NCBI GenBank assembly: GCA_030264375.1
Contig: JASCQW010000190.1
Location: 99,542,130-99,606,129, forward strand
Reading direction: 5' to 3'
Source of the DNA: Carcharhinus longimanus
Lineage: Eukaryota
DNA: 64,000 nucleotides
Part shown: one piece after another, positions 34,605 to 46,870 of the stretch
Layout of the letters: every line of letters begins with the position of its first letter
How positions within the stretch are numbered: position 1 is the stretch's first letter
Translations under genes and position numbers: made by a program
The notes under the pieces: generated by a model
Databases searched by the model: none
Told to the model about the DNA's origin: nothing
The model's input: the letters and a program-made list of their open reading frames with translations, nothing else

Positions 34605-34800
34605 CTGTCCTATCTCACTCATGCATTTACCCGAGCTAATCCCCATGACACAAAGGGGCAATTTAGCATAGCCAATCCACCTAACTGACAGAGTTTTGTA
34701 CTGTGGGAGGAAACGAGAGCGCTCGGAGGAATCCCATGCAGATGTGAGGAGAATGTGTAAACTCTACGCAGACAATGACCCAAGCAGAGAATCAAACCCG
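34605..34800 (-). mobile_element. HE1-type SINE, partial
   Basis: GGGGCAATTTAGCATAGCCAATCCACCTAAC...TGTGGGAGGAAAC...CAGACAATGACCCAAG. Confidence 0.85.
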
Positions 34801-35297
34801 ATAATACATGCAGCTCCATGCCGATATTGGCTGGGTTAGTCAATGCGTTAAACTGTTTGCATAGAAGAGTACAGGTCAGAGAGATCGTGAAGAGATCATG
34901 AAGAGATCAAGAATTTTTAATCATGAAGTGATACTATATTAGCTATGTTGAGACAGGAGCATAGCAAGATATTGCATTTGACTTCAATGCCCCTGAGAAA
35001 GGGAAAATATCCAGTAATCAGTGTGCCCTGATGAGAAGTTCATAAGAATGACCATGGGGATCAGGCTTGACCTCCCTTTATAGCCAAATACTTACTTAAG
35101 ATTCACAGTCTGGGCTCATACGGGTTAGTTGTACAAAGTACCAGGTGCTGGCTAAAGCCCAAAAAACAGCAGCAGTGTTCATTACTCCAACCAAGTGTGC
35201 AGCCATGCATTTGAACATACAGTAAGATTCAAACCAGAAGGAATCTTAATTGAGGCATAGCTGAGCCTTCATAAATTGACCTGGTGGATTTTAAATA

Positions 35298-35395
35298 ATA
35301 ACAGGAAGTGCTGGAATAACTCAGCGGGTCTGGCAGCATTTGTGGAAAGAGAAGCAGTTACTGTTTCAAGTCCCTATATAACTACTCTTGGAGCT
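35298..35395 (-). mobile_element. PLE pLTR fragment
   Basis: ACAGGAAGTGCTGGAATAACTCAGCGGGTCTGGCAGCATTTGTGGAAAGAGAAGCAGTTACTGTTTC. Confidence 0.7.
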
Positions 35396-38300
35396 AGAAA
35401 TTCATTCGCAATGTCATCACATGGAGGCACCTATAATACCTACCTACAGCAAATAGCTGGATAAATTCCCACCTTCAACATTTATTTGAAATCTCTTTAC
35501 AATAGATGATGGTGATTCAAATAAATAGAATGTTACCAACAAAACTATAAGTTACCTTTATTTGGCAGCTATTTCAGGCCACTGTTTTACAGTCAAGAGT
35601 GTGATCAGTTTCCTGCTACGCCCCTAGCTTTTGACTTGCCATCATGGGGAAAATTTAACTGTCCATCCTACTCTATGGAAGTAGAACACCTGTTAACCAT
35701 ACTATTGGAAGCTTTTCTAGCATTGGAAGCTGTAGATCGGTCTTCAGCTCAATTATCTCCTGACTAATTTATAGGAGAGGGACAGTGAAGAAGTGAGGAA
35801 CCCATTCATTACAAAGTATAGACGGAGAAAGGTGAGACATGCTAGCGCTAGGGAATTAAATTTGTGTCACCTCACATCTGTTGGCAGCAACTAACGTGTT
35901 CAGGAGCAGCATAGTATGGGTCAGATGTAACCATTCTCCATGTCTGTTTAACAAAGTGCCACTACAGTATTTGTAGCATAATGCAAGTCCTTCATATGGA
36001 TTTTCAGAATGAAATTGCAGATATCACCCCAGCATGCGTTTTAATCTAAGTTATTTAGAAATGCCTCCACTGACAAGAATATCCTCTTTCTGAGCTAGAT
36101 TTTGTTAAATTCCTTCATACTGAGAGGTCCCACAGCCAGGTGTCAGGGAACGCAGATCTTCATTCAGTTTACTCGCTCCACACTCCAAACAACAACTGCC
36201 CTCTCAAAGCAGTTCCCAGCCATCTCACCCAACAACCTGTCACATGACCTGTTCCCATATAGGGACAACACCCCAACATAAATAACAGATTTGAACTTGC
36301 CCCTTGAGGATGAATGGGCAATAGTCATACGTATTGAACAGGATCCCATAATCTCTGAACATAGCTGAGTCACAGATAACGACGTATAACTTCAGTCTTG
36401 ATCAAAGTATTTCTAATATCCATTCTTCCTGCATCAATCAAGTTGTTCTGTCATTNNNNNNNTGGGTGTTTCTATTATGAATTGTTACACATTAACATCA
36501 GAAGATCCCTGAATAATAAGAAGGGCACATAACAATTCAACAGATATTTATCAATTGATTCAGTGGTTACAGCATGAGTCTCCAATCATCAATTATCATA
36601 TGAATTAACCAAACCTGACCCCTGTTGGGAATAAAGAACAAGTTATCGACCTTGCCAGAAAGACTAGTCTTTTAGTTTCCCTGCTTATTCAAGTGGTATT
36701 CTGGGATCTGTCCCATTTTATTGATGGACTGGCTATGATGGATAAAATCAATCCATGCATCTAACTAACCTATCAATCCAGTGGAAACTCATGCTTTAGT
36801 CTATAATGGTCCAGTTATGAATCTGTATGTGTGCCTTACTGCTTGGTGGGGGTGTCCAAACATATTTTTGAATGGATTTCCAAGCTGGAGACTGCAGATC
36901 CCAATTGTGCCATGAGAACAATACATGAAGAATGCTTTACTGTCCCATATTTTGTCGAATTACTGGCAACAGTATAATGTATCTAGTAAGAAAAATATTT
37001 GCCGCAATATAAGACTGCAATATTGGATAATGTTTGGACATTAGAACAAGGGGTCTGGAATTGTGTCAGTTTTTGCAAGTGTAACACATACAAAGAGACT
37101 AGTCCATGTAGATTGCTACAGATAGATAACACAGGTAAGTCATACTGCTGACTGTGAATTGCACTCTGCCTTCAAGGAAGAGGTCTTGCACATTCAGGCT
37201 GCTGGATAGTTGGTTAAATTTTAAAGTTGGAAGTCCACAGCAGCATGTGCTCTTCTTCATGTATCATATACCCAGGCAGCTTACCAAACTTAGTGCTTCT
37301 TAAATTGAGTCCAGATGCTGACTCAAAGCTTTCCTGCAGAGATCATGAACCCAAGGCACAAAAGGTTGCTTCCTGGATGGAACCTCACACCATTTGCCTT
37401 CACTGTAGTAAAGAAGCCAAAGACAACTTGACTAGATTATTTCACCATCATTTTGACATCTTTACACAGTCAGGCTACATTGTATAGGCACAATAGGAGT
37501 CATATTGCAGCATGGTAAGCTTCCAAAGACAGAAGGATTCTTCCACCATTCTGGAGACAGTCTTTGCTCTTGTTTCCAAGTGCAGTCAGGAAATTTCAAT
37601 TTTTTTGCAATTGCAACTGTAGGTCTGAATTATTATCCCTGAGTAAAGAGCCCGTAAGCCCTGTTGAGCTCAGAAACCTGCAGTAAAATAAAATGTGAGA
37701 ACCTATTATGAGTATATTATTATTGTTTGATTAGAACTATTTGCAAATCAAAGTTTGACATTTTCCTCTCTTTTACCACTGCTAGATTACCTCAGTTCTA
37801 AAACAGGTACTGACAATTCAATGTAGCCTACAGTGAGAAAATGTTTTTTTTTAATTAGACTGTGTCACGAAATCACCAACAAGACATTATAATAAACATT
37901 TGATGCCTAGATCTCACCTGAGTAATTCATCAGTTCTTTAAAACATATCAGTGAACTCCATTATCGTTAGTCAACGTTGAGTCAAAGGGTATAGAAACTC
38001 GTTAGAATGTCTTCTTCGCAAAGAGGAGGAGTGAGGAGTGAGATGTGGGTGTGGACGATGTGCAATGGGGATTAGGAAATGTGAAATCTTGAATGGTTTC
38101 TGATAGTTCCAGGCAACTTGAGCTAATTAAAAAAAGCGTTACGGATCTTTGGTGCGACAGTAATTCATGCTGTTAGTAGATCCACTGTCGTGTTGCTGAA
38201 ATGCAGGAAGACATTGGCGTTTCTTGAGGACTGGAATCAGATGCCATGTAACATAAAATGGGTGGGATTTTCCAACCCTACTGATCCGGTGCAACAGATA

Positions 38301-39162
38301 AGCCACACGATGATATTTCGCTTTCATTTTCTTTCTCACTTTCAAACTATTGCTATTTCTTTTCCTCACTCACTCTCATTTTCTTTCACCAACACCAGTT
38401 TTATTGTTGGTTAGAAAATTTACAACCTCAATCCTCTCATGTAAGCTCCATATTTTGTTTCCATCCGTGTCTGGCTTTTATTGAAACACATGCAATTATC
38501 CCACAATCTTTCAGGTTTTCTTTGTATTGAAAATGCTGTCTGTGTCTGAATATGGCATGTGAAGCCAGTGTGTAGAGAAATGGGGCTTTACAGTGAGGTA
38601 ACACAACACTCTTTTCTCAGAAGCACAAATAACAGGAGGACAAATTCTGTTTGTCTTTCTCTGAGGTGACATATACGTGCTTCAATTCAGCAATGGGCAA
38701 TTATTAAAGTGTAATCACTACCGGAAGAAAAAGTATGGATTAGTTTATTTTCCAAGGTGTATAATCTTGGAATTATAAAAACGTAGAGATCAGAGGGAGG
38801 CTAATTGAGAGAAAGAAAATAATTTGAAATACATTGTCACTTTTTTTATATCCCTAATATTATCTAGATAACCATTTTGGAATGGCGCCTTGAAACAGCG
38901 AGGCTATCCCTTTATGAAGATATCCTTTGCAGGAATCTAAGTCCATTCTTTATCCTTTAAAAATTGCTGAATCTAAAACTGCATAACCTACCATGTTTGT
39001 AATTAGGTCACCCTAACTAATGGAATCTAATGTATGTTACATCATTATATAATGATAGAAAAACTAGCAATCCATAACAACCTATACAGTAGTATACGTT
39101 CTGATGTCAAAAATCAAGAGTGATGGCAAACAGAAGGATTATAAAAGGCTTAAAGACATTGA

Positions 39163-40123
39163 CATCTCGCCAAGGCCATCCCCACACCCCCCACTACTTG
39201 CCTTCAAACAACCGTGCAATCTCAAACAGACCATTGTTCACAGCAACTACCCAGCCTTCAGGAGAACAGTGACCACAATACCACACAACTCTGCCACAGC
39301 AACCTCTGCAAGACATGCCGGNNNNNNNNNNNNNNNNNNNNNNNNNNNNNNNNNNNNNNNNNNNNNNNNNNNNNNNNNNNNNNNNNNNNNNNNNNNNNNN
39401 NNNNNNNNNNNNNNNNNNNNNNNNNNNNNNNNNNNNNNNNNNNNNNNNNNNNNNNNNNNNNNNNNNNNNNNNNNNNNNNNNNNNNNNNNNNNNNNNNNNN
39501 NNNNNNNNNNNNNNNNNNNNNNNNNNNNNNNNNNNNNNNNNNNNNNNNNNNNNNNNNNNNNNNNNNNNNNNNNNNNNNNNNNNNNNNNNNNNNNNNNNNN
39601 NNNNNNNNNNNNNNNNNNNNNNNNNNNNNNNNNNNNNNNNNNNNNNNNNNNNNNNNNNNNNNNNNNNNNNNNNNNNNNNNNNNNNNNNNNNNNNNNNNNN
39701 NNNNNNNNNNNNNNNNNNNNNNNNNNNNNNNNNNNNNNNNNNNNNNNNNNNNNNNNNNNNNNNNNNNNNNNNNNNNNNNNNNNNNNNNNNNNNNNNNNNN
39801 NNNNNNNNNNNNNNNNNNNNNNNNNNNNNNNNNNNNNNNNNNNNNNNNNNNNNNNNNNNNNNNNNNNNNNNNNNNNNNNNNNNNNNNNNNNNNNNNNNNN
39901 NNNNNNNNNNNNNNNNNNNNNNNNNNNNNNNNNNNNNNNNNNNNNNNNNNNNNNNNNNNNNNNNNNNNNNNNNNNTTGGGCAACACTCTCCCATTCACCC
40001 AACGAATAGGGGAACCTCAAAAGCTTGTAAGTTTAATATCAAATAAATCGGTTGGACTTAAACCTGGTGTTGTCAGACTTCTTATTGTGTTTACCCCAGT
40101 CCAACACCGGCATCTCCACATCA
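39163..40123 (+). mobile_element. 5'-truncated Penelope-like retroelement (Neptune-like), mostly in a gap, with a 12-bp TSD
   Basis: Translation PPLLAFKQPCNLKQTIV...LPSLQENSDHNTTQLCHSNLCKTCR (RT-to-GIY-YIG linker with Cys cluster); pLTR at 39976-40123; TSD TAAAGACATTGA (39151-39162) / TAAAGACGTTGA (40124-40135). Confidence 0.88.
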
Positions 40124-40156
40124 TAAAGACGTTGAGGTTACTGGAATGTGAAGACA

Positions 40157-40443
40157 GTTAATTTTATTTATCAGTATTACATAAATAGGCTTACATTAAG
40201 ACTACAATGAAGTTACCATGAAAATCCCCTAGTCGCCACACTCTGGCACCTATTCGGATACACTAAGGGAGAATTTAGCATAGCCTATGCACCTAACCAG
40301 TACTGTGGGAGGAAACTGGAGTACCTAGAGGAAATCCATGCAGACACGGGGGGAACATGCAGAATCCACAGAGACAGTGACCCAAGCCGGGAATCGAACC
40401 TGGGTCCCTGGAACTGTGAGGCAGAGTGCTAACCACTGTGCCA
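40157..40443 (-). mobile_element. Alternative-tail SINE
   Basis: Reverse complement of 26262-26552, including AAAATCCCCTAGTCGCCACACTCTGGC. Confidence 0.88.
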
Positions 40444-41279
40444 GACAGATGGAATATGGAACTTAATGCCAATAAATCTAAGATCACATGGCTAAGAGGG
40501 TGGAGGTTGGTGGGGTGGGTGGGGTATAGTTTCTACTTTGGGCACATTTGGCAATCAAGGTGCAAATTCTGCACAAAATTGTGCTGATTTTTGGAATGTA
40601 GTCCAGGATTCCACTCAAAACGATATGAATAGCTTAAAACGCAAAACTCTTCCATGAACCAGCATGCACCAGAATTCTTGATGTTTTCAAAAGTAACCTG
40701 CTGCATTTTGATTAGTACAACTGAAGATGGGTTTTTCATATAAAAAATAAGCAATTTTACTGAGTGTCTAATCAACTACCTGTGGGTAACCATAAATTTT
40801 ACAGAACTAAAAATAATTTAAAACTCTACAGAACCATTTATTAGGTTTGTTGATGTATAGTCGCCAGTTTCTTACTTCATTTTCAAATATTCAGAAGCTT
40901 TTAAAATGAGCTAGTATTCCCAGGTGCCTATTTAAAAAAAAAAGATTAATTTTTTGGAGCTACTTTGGAAGCTCACAGGCAGATACAATTAGTGTAAGTT
41001 CACCATGGTGATTAATATGATTTGAGAACATGGCCTGGGTGCGGCTTTCCTTCAGTATGATGTTTTTAAAACTAGTGCAAAAGATGACAAAACTTGATTT
41101 ATTCTGAATGGAATTTGTGTTTGAAATTAGATGGTCTTCTGTGGTGATCTGGTCATTTTGGGTAAAATTATGCTTGGCATACATTGAGTTTCCTCCACTC
41201 CAATGTATTTTGGGTGAAAATCAACAAGCAGGATGTGAATAACCAGATAGGCCTACTTGTTTCAATGCATAATTCCTCA

Positions 41280-41880
41280 ATAGAATGAACACCTATTGAT
41301 GAAGCCATTAGAAAGATCTATAGAATTTGGGGCATCAAATTTAGAGAATATATGGGTAAAGTAATAACGAATTTGTACAAACTATAATTTTGCCTCAAGT
41401 TAAACTATTGTGTATAATTTTGGATACCCCATTATAGAAGAAACATTAAAACCAGGGTGTACGGTGTTGATTTACTAGAATGATGCCAGGAATGAGAATT
41501 ATGAAGAGAGACTGGAAATGCTGGGGCTAGTTGTAAGGGTAGAGAAGGCAAAGAGAACATTAAAAACAATGTTCTTAGAAACCTGAAAGTTTTCTGAAAG
41601 ATTGAATATTAAATTATTATTTCCTCTAGTTATGGAGTGACTGACAAGTGGGTCATTAATTTAATATTATCAGAGTGTGGAGAGAGGTTAAATTTCTTTA
41701 CCCTCATGAGTATTTGCCACAGGGCGAGGCCACAGCATATTTTAAGGGGTAATTTAATAAATATTTGAACCATGCCACAAGGGAAAGAGATGAGGGCAGT
41801 GGCATTAGTTTTGGATTGCCTCAGCAAAGAGCCAGTATGAATATAGTGAGTTGAATGGATTCTCTTTATTGCTATAAATG
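41280..41880 (+). mobile_element. Highly decayed CR1 LINE fragment
   Basis: ...NLYKTI..PQ..YCV.FW.PHYRRNI...FTRMMPGMR.YEERL-like translation. Confidence 0.6.
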
Positions 41881-42422
41881 GAATGGTTCTACATGTGAAC
41901 TGTAAAAAAAAATTGCATCCATTACATCTAACCCAGGCTACAAGCATTGGATTTTCATTAATTTTTGCACATAGACCGATGAAGTCATGTTTGTTCATAC
42001 AGGGAAGAAAATTAAATGAGTGTTCAACACAGCAGCTTTGATTCACAGTCAAACCTGTTCAATTGCAACCACTCAAATCGTTGTCTGAAAATTAAACCAG
42101 AAAGTCTAAACAATAAAGGCAGTAAAAAATCCAGGAAGGTTTGGCATACAATAATCTTTATTTGCCCAACTTTTATGAAACGGCATAGAATAATGGTGAA
42201 TACAGTAATGATAAAGAGCAAAAATTTCCCAGGAAAATTCTAAGCGTCATAACAGGGAGGTAACTGGAGTCTTCCATGCCAGACTTGTTGGTGAGGACTG
42301 CGTAGTGATCTTCCGACATTCTTTCACTTTTCTTGACAATTGGAAGCCTTGGCCTGGTACAGTGGTGGGGGGGGGGGGGGGGTGGTTTGGGGAGATGGTG
42401 GAGGTGAACCTTCAGTGAGCTT

Positions 42423-43031
42423 GGGCGCAATTCTGCAGGGCGACCTCTTCCCACCTCCCTTTCACAGATATTGGACCTTCCCCTCCACAAATGTCACCCC
42501 CCCACAGCAACATGGGTTGCTGGCATCAGGGCATCTAGTCCCTCTCGAAAGGTACCCTGGCAGACTCCTGACATGCCACTCCCCCCACCCCCTGTTAAAA
42601 TGCATAGGTCTCCCATCATAGTCCCCACTGAGACCCCAGCCCCTTGTCACTGCCCTAGCACACTTATGGTGCCCGGCTGGCATTGTCGGGGTGCCAGGTG
42701 GGTAATGTATGATGGGCATGCCTGGTCATGTCCCAGACCACCCAGGGGCTTTAATGGCCTCTACTCCCCCCCCCCATATGGCATGGCACCTGATCTCCAC
42801 TGGTGGAGACCTGTAGCGGTTTGTGCTGGCGTGACATCTCGATGGAGAGTAGGGAAGCATCTAGGAGCGGGGAAGCATCTGGGAGCAGGGAAGTAGCAAT
42901 GCTGGCTTGCTAATGATATGGAAATCAAGGCACACTGATGCTGGGTGCGAATTGGATTTTTGGCCTCTGAAACAATGTTCCCAACTCTCCATGCTAATCG
43001 GCAGGCACGGCGAGTTGGTAAGATCGCATCC
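42423..43031. mobile_element. GC-rich non-autonomous DNA transposon (Harbinger-like)
   Basis: Approximate termini GGGCGCAATTCT / AGATCGCATCC; GC-rich interior with a short GGGAAGCATCT(A/G)GGAGC tandem at 42852-42892. The left boundary is uncertain. Confidence 0.5.
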
Positions 43032-45459
43032 ATTTTCTTACAAAGACAAACATTCTTCACAGGGTGCCATTGCCATTTGTTATCTTCAGCTTTCAACAGG
43101 CAGCCACCAATGGGATTTTACAAACTCTTTTGTGATTAATCCAACTAAGCAGCGCTCTTGCATCATTGGCCATCCTCCTTTCATACTTCTGCTTCCCGAA
43201 CCAATTCTCATTCTTATCCAAATCTTCAACATGCAGACTTTCCTTTGCAAAGCTCTGGAAACCTGAAATTCAGAAATGCTGTTTTCCTTCATGAGGAACT
43301 TTGGAATCCTCAGTTCCCTTTTGGCTTTTCTTGTCGAGTTATCTATAAATGCAACTTCCATATATGTTACTGCAATTATTGTTAAAGCAAGCTTTTCACA
43401 ATTAGAATTTAAAGGAAGGAAAAAATAGGGCCTTTAAAAATAGTTGGGTTAAAATTCCAATAAGTGATTTGAAAATAATCAGAGATGGCAGTAATATAGT
43501 CAGGAGTAAAATTATTTATTTTACTTGATAACTGTGCCTGACTACAGACTTGTATTTTAATGGAGCAAATAAGGGAAGCAGGGAATCGTTAGTACAGAGG
43601 CAACAGTGAAGTGTCAGGCGTTAGTGCATCCAGTAGTAATTGAAATGCCAGATAATTTGAATCAGACATCCTTAAATTAAAGGATGTGGAATGTGGTGAA
43701 TGTACTTGTAGAAGTCTTGCACCTTGAACATGCCCAACACTTTACAGATATCCCAATTAAAGTGTCACATCTTGTTATATAATGATCTTAAAACGTAGTG
43801 CGAAAGCAAGTCTACTGCTTTCTTTCTTCTGACCTGAAGTCTGAAATTTACCGGCAGTTGCAATTACCTGGATTTACTGACATTGTCCAGTTTCCCCACA
43901 GTGGGGATTAAACAGTGAATTTGAAGGGAGAAGTCCGATTTAAGCAGCGTTCCATTTTAGCAGCTAAGCATTATAATGATGCTCCAAAGTACAGGGTTAC
44001 CCATGACTCATGCTGCTCGTATGTGGGACAGAAATGTTCAGGCTGAGGACACTAAACAGGGCTGCTCTCTGCATTCAAGCACAAGACTAATTAAATATGT
44101 ACTATCTGACTTTGGGGCCAGTTTTATAAATGCTCACTATCAGAGAGGAACTTTTCCTTGCAGAATCAGGGTATCATGGACAAACTGTCCACCAAGTACT
44201 AACCATTAACTTTTTGAGGCAGCAAATCTTGGGTAACAAGCCGATAATTTTCCATTATGAGTAAGTCAGTAGCTGACATGAATAATGCGTGATACATGTA
44301 ACCTGCATATGTTACACTATATTAGCATAGGAAAGATTATTGTCTTGTACATTTTGTCCCCACTGTTGTATTAATTAGACAGGGAAGCATTTCTAATTGT
44401 GTTGCACATCATGACTTGGAGCTTCCCATTGATGAGTACCCACTTTCTTAACTGTATGTTAGTATGAATGCATCACACCACTTAACACCTTGAAGGGTTA
44501 TTTGACTTTATTTTTTGTGATGAAAGGAAATGTTAAGCTGCTAAATAATGCTTAATTGACAGCGCTCTTTTGCATATGCAAGCCGACTCATTTCTTGCTA
44601 GCTTCATGGCAAAATGACTTTTCATGAAACAGAAATGCATCATAGCTTTCATTCAAAAAGCCCTCAGTTATTGCAAATTAAAAATTAAATATTAAAAAGA
44701 ATATATAGTGCCATTATACATGAGATACCGATGCTCTACATGCAGCTAGAAGATGTTATTCCTTAGTTTTATCAAAATAAGTTCAGTGGCATTGGATTGT
44801 AACCCTCTGATTCCTTATTCACAGTATATTTCCAAAGATGGCAGGGAAAAGATAAAAGATAAAATACATTTGCATTGTAAAGGCAGATTTGGGTATGTAA
44901 CATTTGTCGTACAATCCTTTTTATGATCATCAATTTTGACTACAGTGCAGATGATGTGACAGGTAGTGGGTGATTTTGTCAGCAAACACTGATAGTAACA
45001 TTACTGACAGAACCTTATTTGAGCTCCAAAAAAGTAACTTAAACATTAATGCCCTCAATACTGAAAGAGTAGTTATAATTCACCATAACTTAGTGCATTG
45101 TTCCTGAACTGCACTTGGTATTGTTTTTAATTTTTTATTCTTCCGCAAGGTGTCTCATGACATAATCCAATTAGTTATGAATCATGAACTACATTGCTGT
45201 GGTCCCATACATACAAGAACTCCTAGGTTGTACAGGGAAACAGTATCTACTTTTAAAGCTGGCCCATGCAGCAAGCAAATTACTATGTTGTGGTCCAAAA
45301 GCAAAATCCTCTCTGGCTCTTTTATTTCAAATCCCTCCATTGCCTTGCTCTACTTCAAATTATCTTTTCCAGCAGTTTTCCATTCCAATGTTTTCTGGTT
45401 CGGCTCAGCTTTCTGGACCCAGTATTTAATGACAACACTCGTGCATCAGGAATTCTTCT

Positions 45460-45866
45460 TTGCAACTGTCTTGATATGTTTGCCAAAAACCTCCAGCCTT
45501 ATTTGCGGCTGGGATTCTCTGGTGCCACTGAAAGTGAATGGAGTTTTGGCTGGAATACTAAATTCTTCGTGTTCACTTGCAGTGAGGCTGTCCTGGATGA
45601 GACCGGAGAATCCCGCCCACTATCTCTCACTGTCATCCAGCTTGGTGGGACTGCTCTCACCTGGTTCCATTCTTAGCTATTTAATTGTAGCCAGCGAATC
45701 ACCATTAGTGACTTCTCCTCCTATTCCTGGATCACTACCTCCTGTGTCCTCCTACCCTTCGGCTCCCTCCTATTTCTTATATACATGTTGCCCCCTTGAC
45801 AAAATCATCTGAAAACAAAACATCAGTTTTCACAAGTACATTGATGACAACCAGATCTATCTCTGT
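45460..45866 (+). mobile_element. L2-clade LINE reverse-transcriptase fragment (split by a MITE)
   Basis: Decayed GGTALTWFHS*LFN..Q, LFLIYMLP and SFHKYIDDNQIYL (compare L2 YADDTQLYL). Confidence 0.75.
45507..45618. mobile_element. PIF/Harbinger-type MITE
   Basis: TIRs GGCTGGGATTCTCTGG / CCGGAGAATCCCGCCC; related copy at 59453-59540. Confidence 0.7.
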
Positions 45867-45879
45867 TTTAATCTCATGT

Positions 45880-46362
45880 AGTGTTCAAACGAAGCTCGAG
45901 GGACGACGTCTCATCTTTTGATTAAATACTTTACAGCCTTCCAGACTGAACATTGAATTCAACAATGTCAAACTGTAATCTCTTCCCCCCACTCCCCTCA
46001 ATTTTTGCCCTTTTTCTTTGTGTGTTGCCATTTAATCTTGTCTTTCTCTTGCTATCACTTTTAATCGGCGCCATCATTCTGTCATTCGCATTGCTCCCAG
46101 ACACACCTTTTGTATCTTTACTCCTCCCATTGCCACTCCCTTTGACCTTGGATCATCAACATTTTTGCCATTTAATTGCTGCTGCCACAGATCTTCCTTT
46201 TTGTTCTTTTTTTACCCTGTCCTCTTTCACTTGCTACAAATCAATCACATTTCTAACCTTTTCTGGTTCTGATGAAACGTCACAGATCTGAAATGTTAAG
46301 TGTTTTTCCCTTCACAGGTGTTGTCAGAATGGCTGAATATTTCCAGCATTTTCCATTTTTTT
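45880..46362 (+). mobile_element. Penelope-like element 3' end (GIY-YIG C-terminus, pyrimidine-rich UTR, pLTR)
   Basis: From 45910: LIF*LNTLQPSRLNIEFNN (compare the PLE endonuclease end LIFRLGTLQP.GLN), then a CT-rich UTR and the pLTR ...GCTGAATATTTCCAGCATTTT. Confidence 0.8.
46265..46302 (+). ncRNA. Minimal hammerhead-ribozyme-like motif, decayed
   Basis: GGTT-CTGATGA (46269-46275)-AACGTCACAGATCT-GAAA (46290-46293)-TGTTAAG; stem II is imperfect. Confidence 0.55.
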
Positions 46363-46601
46363 TTAAGTCCCAATGCTTGGAGGATTTTTTTAATCCATTT
46401 TGCACCTGTTCCAACAAATAATAACTGTGTCACGAGTATCTTGTTAGACTGTAGAAAGCCTTGTTGGATGTAGAAGACACCTGTATTTAAAAATGACTGC
46501 TGAAGTCTTCCTCCTTTATACTGGAACTTTGAGGCAGTAATAAAATTTTCTGAATAAGACCGAGCTTTATGGTTCCTCTTTCATACAAAGCCAAGGTAAT
46601 T

Positions 46602-46870
46602 CACAGAATCCCTAGAGTGCAGAAGGGCCATTTGACTCATCAAACCTGCAGTGACAACAATCCAACCCAGGGCCTATCCCCATAACTCCTTGTATTTACC
46701 TGCTAATTTTCTCTGACACTGAGGGGCAATTTTACATGGCTAATCAACCTGACCCGCACATCTTTGGAGTGTGGGAGGAAACCTAAGCACCCGGAGGAAG
46801 CCACACAGAGACCCGAGGCCGGAATTGAACCTGGATCAGCAGTACTAACCACGGTGCAACCGTGCCACCC
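46602..46870 (-). mobile_element. HE1-type SINE with internal deletions
   Basis: CACAGAATC tail ... GGAGGAAACC...GGAATTGAACCTGG...CTAACCACGGTGCAACCGTGCC. Confidence 0.88.

Noticed and set aside
34882-34913. GAGATC(A/G)TGAA x3, plus microsatellites at 42366-42382 (G run), 62148-62164 (TTA) and 62952-62970 (GA)
   Set aside because: Ordinary slippage repeats.
37080-37140. Perfect CAG|GTAAGT donor with an open 55-nt upstream frame
   Set aside because: Weak AAG acceptor, length not a multiple of 3 and no recognisable peptide.
45150-45812. Longest gap-free ORF (220 aa)
   Set aside because: It starts at GTG, crosses a MITE and an L2 fragment whose RT motifs are in other frames, and has no recognisable domain.
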